Positions 39,540 to 52,250 are shown, numbered from the stretch's first letter. The stretch: 64,000 nt of DNA from Octopus sinensis (GCF_006345805.1 NC_043003.1:27156001-27220000); one strand, 5' to 3'. Notes: generated by a model from the letters alone, not told the origin. Program-made: numbers and translations.

Positions 39540-41230
39540 TTAGTGAAACAAAGAAAATGGAGACTAGTCAAGATCAGAAGTCAAGAAACTTCTGATCTGT
39601 AATAAACTGCATCACCTGAAAGCAGAGATGGATCGCCTCTTTCTCCCAAGACGAAGCGGATGTAGAGGAACAATCCAGTTTGAGATGTCATGCAAAATAC
39701 CGACCATTGGATTCGAACAATACCTTAAGATTGCAGATAACTGGATGCTGAAAATGGATGCAGTGCTGAAAGCAAGAAAAATTTGTATTCAATCACGAAG
39801 AAAAGTAGAAAGTTTGCAGAAGACTTAGGCACGCATAATGAAATTTATTTGTAAATTATAGTGATTCTGAATTAAGGCTGCAAAGAACATTAAAATCTTG
39901 GCGAAAATGAAGGTCAATGGAAACTGTACTAAATGGGAGCAAAAGATACTCTGTGGGCAGTAAGTCTTCTGTAGCATAGAACCTGATATAAATCAAACTC
40001 TCACATCAGTGGCTGTGGAGCTCTGGGATAAAAGCAGAGAGTGAGGACTTCATTTCAGCTACACAAGACCAATGTCTTTCGACGCACAACTTTCAAGCCA
40101 GTGCGATCAGAAATGGAGCTGACACAAAGTGTCGATTTTGCTATGAGCAGGTCGAGACCATTGATCACCTTGTTTTAGGTTGCTAAGTATTGGCTCCCCG
40201 GGGGTATAATACTAGGCATGATAGAGTTGAACAATATTTACATTGGTTAATATGTAGGTCTTTCGGCATTAAGACAGAGAAAATGGTACAAGATTCACCT
40301 AGATTTTGTGACAGGAGATGAGGATGTGAGAGTCCTTTGAAATTTACCTGTGAACACCGACCAAATGATCAAAGCTATTAGACCTTGTATAATTGTGAAG
40401 AACCGTAAAAAGAAAACGTCTTTTAATTGACATGAGTAAACCATCGAATCGTAACATCTGGAAAGAGTTCCGAAAGCGCAGTAAATATAATGATCTGATA
40501 ACTGAAATTCAGAAAATGTGACATCTTAAGGCTTGTACAATACTAGTGATAGTCGGCGCACATGCAATGATTAAAAAAGGGAAAAGGAAAATATTTTGAC
40601 CAAATACTTGAAAAGCCTTTCCCGCAAGATATACAGAAAAGAGTGCTGACTTGCATAATACATGTCTTGAGAAGGGCATTATCAAGTTAAATATCTTGCA
40701 AAGACATTTAATGTTTTGTTTATGCCCTGATGGTGACAGTCTTAAGCTAATTGACTGTTAAGTGTGCGTTTTGTCAAATTTTGCCTCAGATATCAGTATG
40801 ACCGGGCAAGATATGGCAAAGATGCAGAATTCAAAAGAAGTTGCAAATAATAATATAAATAGGATTTTACAATCTAGTGTGATTCAGTGATTGATGCTCG
40901 GAGGCCAGGCATCGTTATAGCTGACATATTTGATGAAGGAAACCAAGATTACAGACATTGCCATACTTGGGGATATACGAGTGAATGACAAAGAACCAAA
41001 AAACTAGAAAAAGATCGAAAAGTACAAGTCACTAGAAAATGAAATTGCACGAATGTGGGCAATGAAGAAAGTAACTGTCAACCCAGGGGTTGTTGGGGGC
41101 ACTGGGAGCATTAGCAACCAGATTTGAGAAATCTGGAGAAATTAGGATTGACATGAAGGTAGAACATGTTTCGAAAACTGCCCTGTTGGGAACAGCAAAA
41201 ATTTTGAGTTTGGTATTTGGTTAAGTATCG
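39540..41230 (+). pseudogene. Two degenerate R4/Dong-like LINE 3' fragments
   Basis: DRLFLPRRSGCRG, WLWSSGIKAESE..ATQDQ, CRFCYEQVETIDHL and RHD. A second REL end (RPGI..D..EKYK..RMW..GALG-like) at 40860-41230. Confidence 0.75.
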
Positions 41231-41371
41231 TGGAAAGAGACACTGTGGGGACCTTGTCAACAGGTTATTGTCGGCTCTTACAAAATTAGCCAGGGTAAAT
41301 GAAATCAAGAACAAATAGAAGTGAAATGGAAATAATAATAATAATAATAATGATTAATAATAATAATAATA

Positions 41372-41408
<37 letters not shown>

Positions 41409-41409
41409 T

Positions 41410-42025
41410 ATTTCCATTTCACGTCTTTTTTTCTTCTTTCAAATTTGCTTCCATTTCTTGCCGAGTGTCTTCCCGACTCCTAGGGCAAAGAAACTCATAG
41501 TATACATTGGTAGGCCATTAAACTAAACTCACTAGTTCGTTCATTTTTTTTTTTAAGTTAAATTAAAATACATGGGTAGTAATATTTCTCACATCGACAA
41601 TGCTCTTCTCAATATGTGTGATGTACCAGTTAAGACAATCTTTTGCACTTCTTGCAGGGATGGTAAGCCAGGGATCATTCTCATATAATTTTCGGTTCCC
41701 TTCTTGATCATTCCTAGTGCTCCTACGATCACTGGTATTGGAACCGCCTTGAGATGCCACATTTTCTCAATTTCAATGAGCAGGTCTTTATATTTTCTGA
41801 GCCTGTCAAACTCTTTCGCCGAGATATTATAATCACAGGGGATGCTCATGTCGATCAATAAGCAAACTTTATTGTTTTGGTCTTTCACAACAATATCTGG
41901 TTTATTGGTTTTGATGGTTCGTTCTGTATGTACCGGAAAGTCCCACAGAATCGTTACATTTTCTCCTTCAGTTACAGCTTCAGGGTGGTGATTATACCAC
42001 TTGTCGGCAGTTTTGATTTTGTTAT
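41410..42025 (-). mobile_element. R4/Dong-like LINE 3' end, copy 1 of a tandem duplication
   Basis: ORF 41589-41888: LIDMSIPCD..KYKDL..PVIVGALG..QKIVLTGT. Confidence 0.9.
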
Positions 42026-42081
42026 TATTTTTTTTTTATTATTATATTATTATTATTATTTTATTATTATTATTTATTATT

Positions 42082-42695
42082 ATTTCCATTTCACGTCTTT
42101 TTTTCTTCTTTCAAATTTGCTTCCATTCTTGCCGAGTGTCTTCCCGACTCCTAGGGCAAAGAAACTCATAGTATACATTGGTAGGCCATTAAACTAAACT
42201 CACTAGTTCGTTCATTTTTTTTTTTAAGTTAAATTAAAATACATGGGTAGTAATATTTCTCACATCGACAATGCTCTTCTCAATATGTGTGATGTACCAG
42301 TTAAGACAATCTTTTGCACTTCTTGCAGGGATGGTAAGCCAGGGATCATTCTCATATAATTTTCGGTTCCCTTCTTGATCATTCCTAGTGCTCCTACGAT
42401 CACTGGTATTGGAACCGCCTTGAGATGCCACATTTTCTCAATTTCAATGAGCAGGTCTTTATATTTTCTGAGCCTGTCAAACTCTTTCGCCGAGATATTA
42501 TAATCACAGGGGATGCTCATGTCGATCAATAAGCAAACTTTATTGTTTTGGTCTTTCACAACAATATCTGGTTTATTGGTTTTGATGGTTCGTTCTGTAT
42601 GTACCGGAAAGTCCCACAGAATCGTTACATTTTCTCCTTCAGTTACAGCTTCAGGGTGGTGATTATACCACTTGTCGGCAGTTTTGATTTTGTTA
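42082..42695 (-). mobile_element. R4/Dong-like LINE 3' end, copy 2 (671-bp period)
   Basis: ORF 42260-42559 gives the same peptide as 41589-41888. Confidence 0.9.
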
Positions 42696-42698
42696 TTA

Positions 42699-42732
<34 letters not shown>

Positions 42733-42754
42733 TATTATTATTATTATTATTATT

Positions 42755-43439
42755 ATTCTATGTTTGACTTTTGCTTTATGTTTGTACAAGTTGGCTCCAA
42801 GTCTCACCCAGAGACCTCAAAAGACAACAGGTTGAAAGTTCACGTTATTGTTATGCCTAGTGTGCCATATATTTGTTTTTTTTTTGTGTTGTACTAGTGA
42901 ATGTCTAATAAATAATTTTTTTTTAAAAGTTTGTTTTAAACCTTGAGATTACATAGAGAGTATTTTGCGTAGGATATGAGCAGTTCCCATGAGCACTATC
43001 TTTTTAATTTCTGCCATTTTGGGGTTTCCTGGTATCTGAGTTAGGTAGCAATCAGCCCCTTTCGCTATCATTCTCAGGGCACCTATGACAACAGGAATTG
43101 TTTTAGTCTTCAGGTTCCACATTTTGTTGATTTCTATTTCAAGGTCTTTATATTTGCTCAGTTTTTGGTAGGTCTTCACAGATACGTTTATATCGATTGA
43201 GACAGTCATATCAATGAGGAGGCATGTTCTTTGTCTGAAGTCTTTCAATATGATGTCTTGCCTGTTTGCATCTATCTTTCTGTCAGTTTGAATGGTGAAG
43301 TTCCAGAGGAGTGAGATGTGGTCATTTTCAAGCACTGGAGGTGGATTGTGTTCCCACCAGTTTTTTCATGGGGCATCCAGGTTTTTTTCAAATTACCCAG
43401 TGAATATATTGTGCAGCTCTATCATGCCTGTTGAGGTAC

Positions 43440-43440
<1 letters not shown>
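42755..43440 (-). mobile_element. R4/Dong-like LINE 3' end, different subfamily
   Basis: ORF 42949-43335: LLWNFTIQTDRKIDANRQD..LIDM..KLSKYKDL. Flanked by (TTA)n. Confidence 0.88.
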
Positions 43441-43497
<57 letters not shown>

Positions 43498-44238
43498 TCT
43501 ACAACAGGCACAAGGCCTGAAATTTTTTTTTGGGGGGGGAGGGGCGTTTGGTTAAGTCGATTACATATCATCGACCACGAAAGGATAAAAGGTAAAGTTG
43601 ACGTCTTAACTGGTGCTTCATTTTATCAACTCTGAAACTGAAAGGTAAATTCAAATCCCAACGGGATTTGGAGTTAGATTGTCAAAACTTGAAGGATTTT
43701 AACTAATGGATATATAGAGAGACAAGATTGACCCCATCCCTACACATTTTCTCCTGTCCGTTAGATATTGTGCTGACCACTAATAAACACCACACCGGTG
43801 TCTACTATTAGCTCAAAGTCACAAAAAGTTTTGAAAGAGAACACGCTCGAAAAAATGTCCACACTAGAAAAGAGATTAGTATTGTATTTCATCAGCCACA
43901 GAAGAAAAAAGTTGAATTTCAGCGGAATTTGAACTCAGAATGAAAAGATCGCTTGATATTTTGTCCTACACTGCAGTGATTCTTCCGTCCTATCAAATTA
44001 TCATAGCTCTTTATTTGTTTCATTCATTGGATTGTGACCATAGCAGAACGGTATTTAGACGAACAAATCGACCCCTGTCACTTATTCTATCGGTCTCTAT
44101 TGCGAAATCCCTAGGTTACAGGATTGTAAACAAACCAACACTGGTTTCAGACAGTGCGGTAGGGGACAACATTAAATACGTACGTTCATACATACATATC
44201 TATTTACCTATCTATAAGTCTTGTGAGTGGATTTGGTA

Positions 44239-44278
<40 letters not shown>

Positions 44279-44361
44279 TGTTTATTCCCTACTACTGCCT
44301 AATAACTGGTGTTGGTTCGTTTGTTTACGTCCCTGTAACTAAGTGGTTTAGCAAGATATAG

Positions 44362-44832
44362 CCCCCATCCCAAATCATCACAGATCCTTCTCCATGTTTA
44401 ACAGTTGGAAGAAGGCAGTCTGGGTCAAATGCTTCTTTTGGCTGTCTCCACACTTGGAGACACACTCGTATACTCGACCGGTGGTTGGAAATAAGGTAAA
44501 GGATGACTCGTCCGAGAAAATAATATTCTTTCACTACTCTAGGGACCAATTCTGTAGGTTTTTACTCCACTCTAAACGCTTTGCAACATTTGCTTTTGAA
44601 AGTAGTGATTTTCTGATTGCAGCCCTCCCGTGAAATCCGGCTTTGTGCAGCTCCCGGCGAACAGTTTTTGTGGAAACTGGGTTCTCGAGGTGGTCATTTA
44701 GATCTGCAGTAATTTTTGGAGCTGTACTTTTGTGATCCTTTATAACAATTCGCGTAAGAGTCCCACTGTCCCTGTCTGAAAGTTTTGGTTTCCTTCCGGA
44801 GTTTTGTTTCAACGAGGTTTTTCCCTCTTTCT
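44362..44832 (-). pseudogene. Tc1-family transposase fragment
   Basis: SGRKPKLSDRD HTH region, VSTKTVRRELHKAG, IFSDES and PTVKHGEGSVMIW. Stop and frameshift present. Confidence 0.9.
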
Positions 44833-44882
44833 CAAATACTAAATTGAATTTTTCCCTGTAAGTTTGAAGTTATACTCCCTAA

Positions 44883-44979
<97 letters not shown>

Positions 44980-44993
44980 CATATACATATAAT

Positions 44994-45036
<43 letters not shown>

Positions 45037-45068
45037 TTTATTTTAAGCAGCAGAAAATTCAACAAAAT

Positions 45069-45106
45069 CTGTTACTCTGAGTTTCTCGTTGCCGTTCATC
45101 AGACAG
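45069..45106 (-). ncRNA. Minimal type I hammerhead (left arm)
   Basis: rc ctgt CTGATGA acg-gcaa-cga GAAAC TCAGA GTA acag. Confidence 0.8.
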
Positions 45107-45169
45107 TTTTTGCTAGAATGGAACTTATATATTAATTATATTAATATATAAGTTCCATTCTAGCAAAAA

Positions 45170-45207
45170 CTGTCTGATGAACGGCAACGAGAAACTCAGA
45201 GTAACAG
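45170..45207 (+). ncRNA. Minimal type I hammerhead (right arm)
   Basis: ctgt CTGATGA acg-gcaa-cga GAAAC TCAGA GTA acag. The stem II closing pair is A.A here, versus A-T in sister copies. Confidence 0.8.
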
Positions 45208-45295
45208 ATTTTGTTGAATTTTCTGCTGCTTAAAATAAAGCATATTACTCTACCACTGGTATTTGAGTACTCTTTTTTCCACCTTGTTTCAAATT

Positions 45296-45331
<36 letters not shown>

Positions 45332-45658
45332 ACTCCTGTACACCATTTTCCTCGAATAATGGAACTGCAACTACAATATTTCTATATATCTTATTTCTAC
45401 TTTCATTCTCTTATTTCCCTCTATATTCCATATCTCTTGTACTGATGTTTGATGGTGGGTGGAGATAAGTGAGAGGGGGAAGTGTACGTACATAGATGTG
45501 TGTATGTGTTTGCGCACATATGCGTGTGTGTGTGTGCGCGCGCATGTGAGCGTGTGTAGGTGTGCGCGTATGCATAGATGTTTGTGAGGCGTGGGGGTTA
45601 TGTGCGCATGCCACGTTTATGGTTGTAAAACTCAAAAAGAAAATGGGAGATGCGAAAA

Positions 45659-45772
45659 AACCTACATATATGTTTCAGTTGTAGCCCCTCGTTGATATGA
45701 ATTCTAAGTATTTGGTTATATGCTAAGAATGGTATCATTTTTAACTACATGGAGCAGAGCTTCTTCGGGATT
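45659..45772 (-). ncRNA. Long-stem-II type I hammerhead, array copy 1
   Basis: rc aatc CCGAAGA ag...[~80-nt hairpin]...ct GAAAC ATATAT GTA ggtt. Palindromic stem III ACATATATGT. Confidence 0.65.
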
Positions 45773-47014
45773 ATTATGAGTTTATAGAATTAAGGTTAGC
45801 ATTTTTCTCGGAAGGATGCATACAGAAGAAGCTATTTTGGATGCAACCTTTCAACATATTTATATCATACAAATAAACGCATGCCACGTTTATGGTTGCA
45901 GGGAGGCATAAGATCGGGGAGGCCAGTCTTCAGTCAGCGTCGGCATTGAGGATTGAGAACCCTGTCCTTGGTTGTGAAGCAGCCAGTACTGTGTCGCACT
46001 TTCACCAATAACGGCCCATTTTCCAGTAGCCATTTTGCCTCTCCGTTCAGTAATCTACGCCTGATCTGAAAGAGACGGATTTCTGTTAAAATGCCGCGAA
46101 ACCTAAAGTCGCTTAGAGCCGAATCAAACCGTTTTTACTTTATATTCACTGTTCTAATTTTTTCCTTGGTTTCGAATTTATATATCACCTCTCATTCTCA
46201 TTCAGCCTATTACAATTGCGGCAAGGCTTGTTCATCGTTCTTTCGAGGTAGAGATAATTTCAATAAATCACGAATCTTTGCAGTAAGGTATCTAGAATAA
46301 CCTTTTTTGTCTTTCATATCCAAATTCATGCCACTGGCCATTCTGAGCTACATCTCGCTGTTCATTTTTGTTTTAATTATGCAAACTACCTTGGCCATCA
46401 ATGTTGTATATCCTGTTCGTATATGTGTCTAAGTCTTATCATTGATAGAGTTAAAGTGGGACAACTGATGTGCTGACGACACTCATAGAGGTAGAAACAC
46501 ATACAGCTGTTCTCTTATATCCAGGAAAACCAGGAAAGTTAATTTGGGACGATTATTTGATTGCTTGAGATTATTTCTCCTAATCATACAGTCTATTGCA
46601 ATTAAAAAGGGGTGGTCGTAGAACAGTTAAATTTAATAAATAACAAATTTATCGTTTATAGTATTTACTGCACCTTTTATTCTTCCCATACATACATACG
46701 TCTGAGTGTACGCGCGCACGCACACACACATATGTATATATATAGTCAATTCGAGGAAGTTAGATCCACGTTAGGAATTATATAATCAAAAACATTCTAC
46801 TGGTTAATCACTACCATATAATGAGAAAGTCTCTGCGATGTGTTAGGAATCATTGTAGTAATACATATTATTAATATTGAAAGAAATAAAATGGAGAAAG
46901 ATGGATGTATGAATAACTTATTTGTATGATATAAAGAACTTAAAATTTAAAAAATATAACAGTACAAATATATTATAAGTTGTAATGCTCAAAAACCAAT
47001 GGGATATGCGAAAA

Positions 47015-47126
47015 AACCTACATATATGTTTCCGTTCTAGCCGCTACTTGATATGTAATTCTGAACATTTAGTTATCTGCTAAGAATGGAATCATTTTAA
47101 CTACATAGGACAGAATCTTCAGGGCT
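47015..47126 (-). ncRNA. Long-stem-II hammerhead, array copy 2 (diverged or noisy)
   Basis: rc agcc CTGAAGA ... GAAAC ATATAT GTA ggtt. Confidence 0.5.
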
Positions 47127-48370
47127 ATTATGAATTTATAGAATAAAGGTTAGCATGTTTCTCGGAAGGATGCATACAGAAGAAGCTATTTTGGATGCAA
47201 CCTTTCAACATATTTATATCATACAAATAAACGCATGCCACGTTTATGGTTGCAGGGAGGCATAAGATCGGGGAGGCCAGTCTTCAGTCAGCGTCGGCAT
47301 TGAGGATTGAGAACCCTGTCCTTGGTTGTGAAGCAGCCAGTACTGTGTCGCACTTTCACCAATAACGGCCCATTTTCCAGTAGCCATTTTGCCTCTCCGT
47401 TCAGTAATCTACGCCTGATCTGAAAGAGACGGATTTCTGTTAAAATGCCGCGAAACCTAAAGTCGCTTAGAGCCGAATCAAACCGTTTTTACTTTATATT
47501 CACTGTTCTAATTTTTTCCTTGGTTTCGAATTTATATATCACCTCTCATTCTCATTCAGCCTATTACAATTGCGGCAAGGCTTGTTCATCGTTCTTTCGA
47601 GGTAGAGATAATTTCAATAAATCACGAATCTTTGCAGTAAGGTATCTAGAATAACCTTTTTTGTCTTTCATATCCAAATTCATGCCACTGGCCATTCTGA
47701 GCTACATCTCGCTGTTCATTTTTGTTTTAATTATGCAAACTACCTTGGCCCATCAATGTTGTATATCCTGTTCGTATATGTGTCTAAGTCTTATCATTGA
47801 TAGAGTTAAAGTGGGACAACTGATGTGCTGACGACACTCATAGAGGTAGAAACACATACAGCTGTTCTCTTATATCCAGGAAAACCAGGAAAGTTAATTT
47901 GGGACGATTATTTGATTGCTTGAGATTATTTCTCCTAATCATACAGTCTATTGCAATTAAAAAGGGGTGGTCGTAGAACAGTTAAATTTAATAAATAACA
48001 AATTTATCGTTTATAGTATTTACTGCACCTTTTATTCTTCCCATACATACATACGTCTGAGTGTACGCGCGCACGCACACACACATATGTATATATATAG
48101 TCAATTCGAGGAAGTTAGATCCACGTTAGGAATTATATAATCAAAAACATTCTACTGGTTAATCACTACCATATAATGAGAAAGTCTCTGCGATGTGTTA
48201 GGAATCATTGTAGTAATACATATTATTAATATTGAAAGAAATAAAATGGAGAAAGATGGATGTATGAATAACTTATTTGTATGATATAAAGAACTTAAAA
48301 TTTAAAAAATATAACAGTACAAATATATTATAAGTTGTAAAACTCAAAAAGAAAATGGGAGATGCGAAAA

Positions 48371-48484
48371 AACCTACATATATGTTTCAGTTGTAGCCCC
48401 TCGTTGATATGAATTCTAAGTATTTGGTTATATGCTAAGAATGGTATCATTTTTAACTACATAGAGCAGAGCTTCTTCGGGATT
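48371..48484 (-). ncRNA. Long-stem-II hammerhead, array copy 3, inside a mini-element with 55-bp inverted ends (48236-48290 / 48571-48626)
   Basis: Same motif as 45659-45772. The flanking IR aaagaaataaaatggagaaagatggatgtatgaataacttatttgtatgatataaa has a near rc downstream. Confidence 0.65.
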
Positions 48485-48693
48485 ATTATGAGCTTATAGA
48501 ATTAAGATTAACATTTTTCTCGGAAGGATGCATACAGAATAAGCTATTTTGGATGCATCCTTTCAACATATTTATATCATACAAATAAATTATTCATAAA
48601 TCCATCTTTATCCATTTTCTTTCTTTATATATATATATATGTGTGTGTGTATGCGCGCGCATATATACATATATATATACATGCAATATATGC

Positions 48694-48884
<191 letters not shown>

Positions 48885-49853
48885 CGTATTCATTTACATA
48901 AGCATATACACAAACATATATATATTACTACATTTTTCTTTGCCACTAAAGATGAGCAAGTTATCACTTTTACACTTTGGAGGTTCTCGTATAGCTTATT
49001 AGGCCAATTCTGACATGAAAAATGCTGTTACAGTGGGTATATATAACAGCAAACTCAGGAACCAAGGGAACTCTTGCTTTCCGTGCACCCCTCCTATCTT
49101 TAGCTTCTTTGCACCAGCCTCACTGAAGTCCCCACTGTTATGCACACTTCCTCGATATCCTGACCGCCAGATGTACCTCAGTATAAAACCTCATATCTCC
49201 GGTTTACAAGCGAATGTTCAGAGTAGGCCCATTCACACGGGCCATCTTTGCCACATTCACCCACCTCTCAACAAAAATATAACTTCCAGAGTCCTTTGAA
49301 ATGTTTGTGAAATGTTTCTATAAATATCAACGTCAGTTTGTAATTACCATTCACGATTAGGATCGTTAGCAGTAAACAATTGCAGACTTATGTTATAAGT
49401 ATGAAACCTGTAGTTATATTTTGTGTCATATACTGGAGTTGGTGGAGGTTCCACAAATTCCTTTTGCAGTTTTCTTCTAAGATTATCATATCTTCATCAA
49501 ACAAACTTTCTCTGTGGATCGCAAGCGATTCAACCACATCACATTCAACGTCTTCACACATTACAATATATCTCACTATCATAACATCTTGCTGACTTAT
49601 CGGAACATATAGATGGAGTCTGGCCATTTCTTCTTCGAAGCACAGTGCAAAGTTGAGATTTGTTCCCATGATTCGCCCATAAATTTTTGTTAAATTTATG
49701 TACGACTCCATTCTATAAAAATATATCATCATATATAAGTACTAGACTATTGTTAAAATAAACACTGAGCGGGGAGGGGGTGGATTTGTTTGACTAAGTT
49801 CTTCAAGGCAGTGACCTAGCATTACCACAAGTCCAGTAACTAGAACACGTAGT

Positions 49854-50034
49854 AGGCGCAGGAGTGGCTGTGTGGTAAGTATCTTGCTTACCAACCACAT
49901 GATTCCGAGTTCAGTCCCACTGCGTGGCACCTTGGGCAAGTGTCTTCTACTATAGACTCGGGCCGACCAAAGCCTTGTGAGTGGATTTGGTAGACGGAAA
50001 CTGAAAGAAGCCCGTCGTGTGTGTGTGTGTGTGT

Positions 50035-50075
<41 letters not shown>

Positions 50076-50298
50076 TGTGTGTGCGTGTGTGTGTGTGTTT
50101 GTCCCCCAACATCGCTTGACAACAGATGATGGTGTGTTTGCGCCCCCGTCACTTAGCGGTTCAGCAAGAGAGACCGATAGAATGAGTACTAGGATTACAA
50201 AGAATAAGTCCTGGGGTTGATTTGCTCGACTAAAGGCGGTGCTCCAGCATGGCCGCAGTCAAATGACTGAAACAAATAAAAGAATAAAAGAATAGAAT
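49854..50298 (+). mobile_element. Full-length SINE family A
   Basis: aggcgcaggagtggctgtgtgg (A box)...gagttcagtccc (B box), internal (TG)n and (aaaagaat)n tail. Confidence 0.93.
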
Positions 50299-50584
50299 AA
50301 CAGAACAAAAGAAGATCATTGATTCCAGAGACTGCTGGTGTTTTCTTTGTGAAATTTATGACCTGTTGCTGTCTTCGAAGTCAGTGTTATCACTAGTGGA
50401 AGATATTTATTTAAAACCCTTCTGTGGTTTTAAGAGAGTTCCGTTAGTGTGTAATATATATCTTTCTTGTCATTTGGATTTAATGTTATAAAACAATTTT
50501 GTTTGTCTGAGATTTAGCGTCAGACAACGTCACGGCAGCAGTAAATCTAACTCTAAAATGAAACGTGCTTTTTCTTTTCTACCA

Positions 50585-50625
<41 letters not shown>

Positions 50626-50678
50626 CTCTCTCATATATATATATTCTTTATTAAAAATAAGCAAAAATATCACAAAAA

Positions 50679-50716
50679 CTGTTACTCAGAGTTTCACGTT
50701 CCCGTTCGTCGGATTG
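50679..50716 (-). ncRNA. Minimal hammerhead of the 45036 family, stem I decayed
   Basis: rc caat CCGACGA ACG-ggaa-CGT GAAAC TCTGA GTA acag. Confidence 0.6.
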
Positions 50717-51597
50717 TTTTGTTTAGAATGGAGCAAAAATATACAATTAGTTTGATAGATACACTTTTGAAAATGGCTTTCTTTCATTGGTCCTTTCAAC
50801 TCACGCTCTTTTTAATGGCCAGTTGCATGCAATAACAAATTGCAGTATAAAATCATATAAAAATCGAAGAAAACCTTAAATCAAAAATAGATTATAAAGA
50901 AGGACAGAGCCTGGATACCCAGGGTAAATAATTAGCAGTAAGATATTAATCAATTAATGAATTAAAAGTTATATCCGTTTAAAAATTTTTTCACGATATT
51001 GGCTGGGTAGGGGAAGACTGAAAATCATGATGTTAATTACCAGTTAAAGGGGCAAGACGCTAATAAAACCTAGAATGTCAATACAGAGGAAATTTTATCT
51101 TGGGGTACTATGGGTGATTGTTTATAAACAATATTGTTATGTTGTATAAAAAATAAAATTTAAGATTATCAAAAATGATATCATAACTAAAATAGGTAAC
51201 AAGTGTGTATATATCAATTATCAACATTAAAAAGGAAAGATTACATAGAATCAGTTTAATATTCATTCATGTACTTAATTACTTATTAGGTGGTTTCCAT
51301 AAAGACTGTTCGGGGCTTTTACTTATGGAATACTGAAAGGATAAACATGCTATCTATATATTAATTATAAGCCAAAAATCAGAAAATATAAAGATGCGTA
51401 CAGATACACACACATATTTATATATATGTACTCATGCACACATAGATATACACAACTATTTATATGTTTACAAGGATATAGTATAACCATCTCGCATAGA
51501 CTTAAGTAACTGTAAAGTATCTACTTACGAACAAGAAAAATAACAATATGTAAGGAATAAGAGGTTAATAGTTTATGCACATATATGCATATATACA

Positions 51598-52250
51598 GTC
51601 GAGAGATATCCACACCATTATCCTTCTCTTCTCCACTTTTGCCCGACCCCACCTTGAATACTGTTGTCCACTGTGGTCTCCCCACACAATACAAGGTATC
51701 ATAAAAGTTGAAGCACCTCAAAGGGCAATCACAAAAAAGATAGATGGCATGACAGGCCTCGACTATTGGGGTCGACTAGAAAAGCTAAAACTCTATTCTC
51801 TCCAACGTCGTCGTGAGCGCTACATCATCTGCATGATGTGGAAAATATTCATCAGCATGCCCAAATGATGTTGGCATCACCTTTAAGGTACATCCAAGGC
51901 TTGGGCCCCGTGCCATCCGCCCAAAAACCAAAATCGCACTCTCATCTCATAACAACAATACGGCACAATTATTTCACCTCAATTGGCCCCGCTCTCTTTA
52001 ACATTACACCAAAACACATTAAAACAGAAACTGACCCTATAGGGTTCAAGAAGTCTTGTGACAGATTCCTTCAGAAATCCCGGATATAAACCCCCTACAC
52101 CCGGATATGTCTCTGTAAACAATAACTCTCTCTTGAGTGGGCCATAGTGCCCAAATTCTGACTTGAAAGACTCACCAGGTGGGCTATTAAGTTAGACATG
52201 GCCTGGGCAATAATGGCCGAAACCTATAAAGTATCAAAGTATCAAAGTAT
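51598..52250 (+). mobile_element. CR1/L2-group LINE 3' end with (aaagtatc)n tail
   Basis: FARPHLEYCCPLWSPH...QRAITK...YWGRLEKLKLYSLQRRRER, followed by a frameshift. Confidence 0.88.

Larger units (their letters stand above)
45036..45300. mobile_element. Palindromic hammerhead mini-element in (TA)n: perfect 101-bp arms (45036-45136 / 45140-45240) plus a 60-bp tail
   Basis: Arms are exact rc with a 3-nt loop. Same family as 60664-60876 and 50645-50730. Confidence 0.9.
45605..48589. repeat. Tandem array of ~1,355-bp units (about 2.2 copies) with three ~255-bp HHR-containing direct repeats
   Basis: 45878-47231 repeats at 47232-48589. The 255-bp module occurs at about 45623, 46980 and 48335. The 21-mer cgcatgccacgtttatggttg occurs at 45605, 45878 and 47232. 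Confidence 0.92.

Noticed and set aside
46091-46300. Duplicated 69-aa ORF and a possible 42-bp exon at 46206
   Set aside because: The duplication is explained by the tandem array, the donor (gtagag) is weak and no homology is recognised.
49388-49732. 114-aa minus-strand ORF with protein-like composition
   Set aside because: No recognisable motif, and it lies next to a probable LINE 3' relic (49000-49290). It cannot be supported without a homology search.
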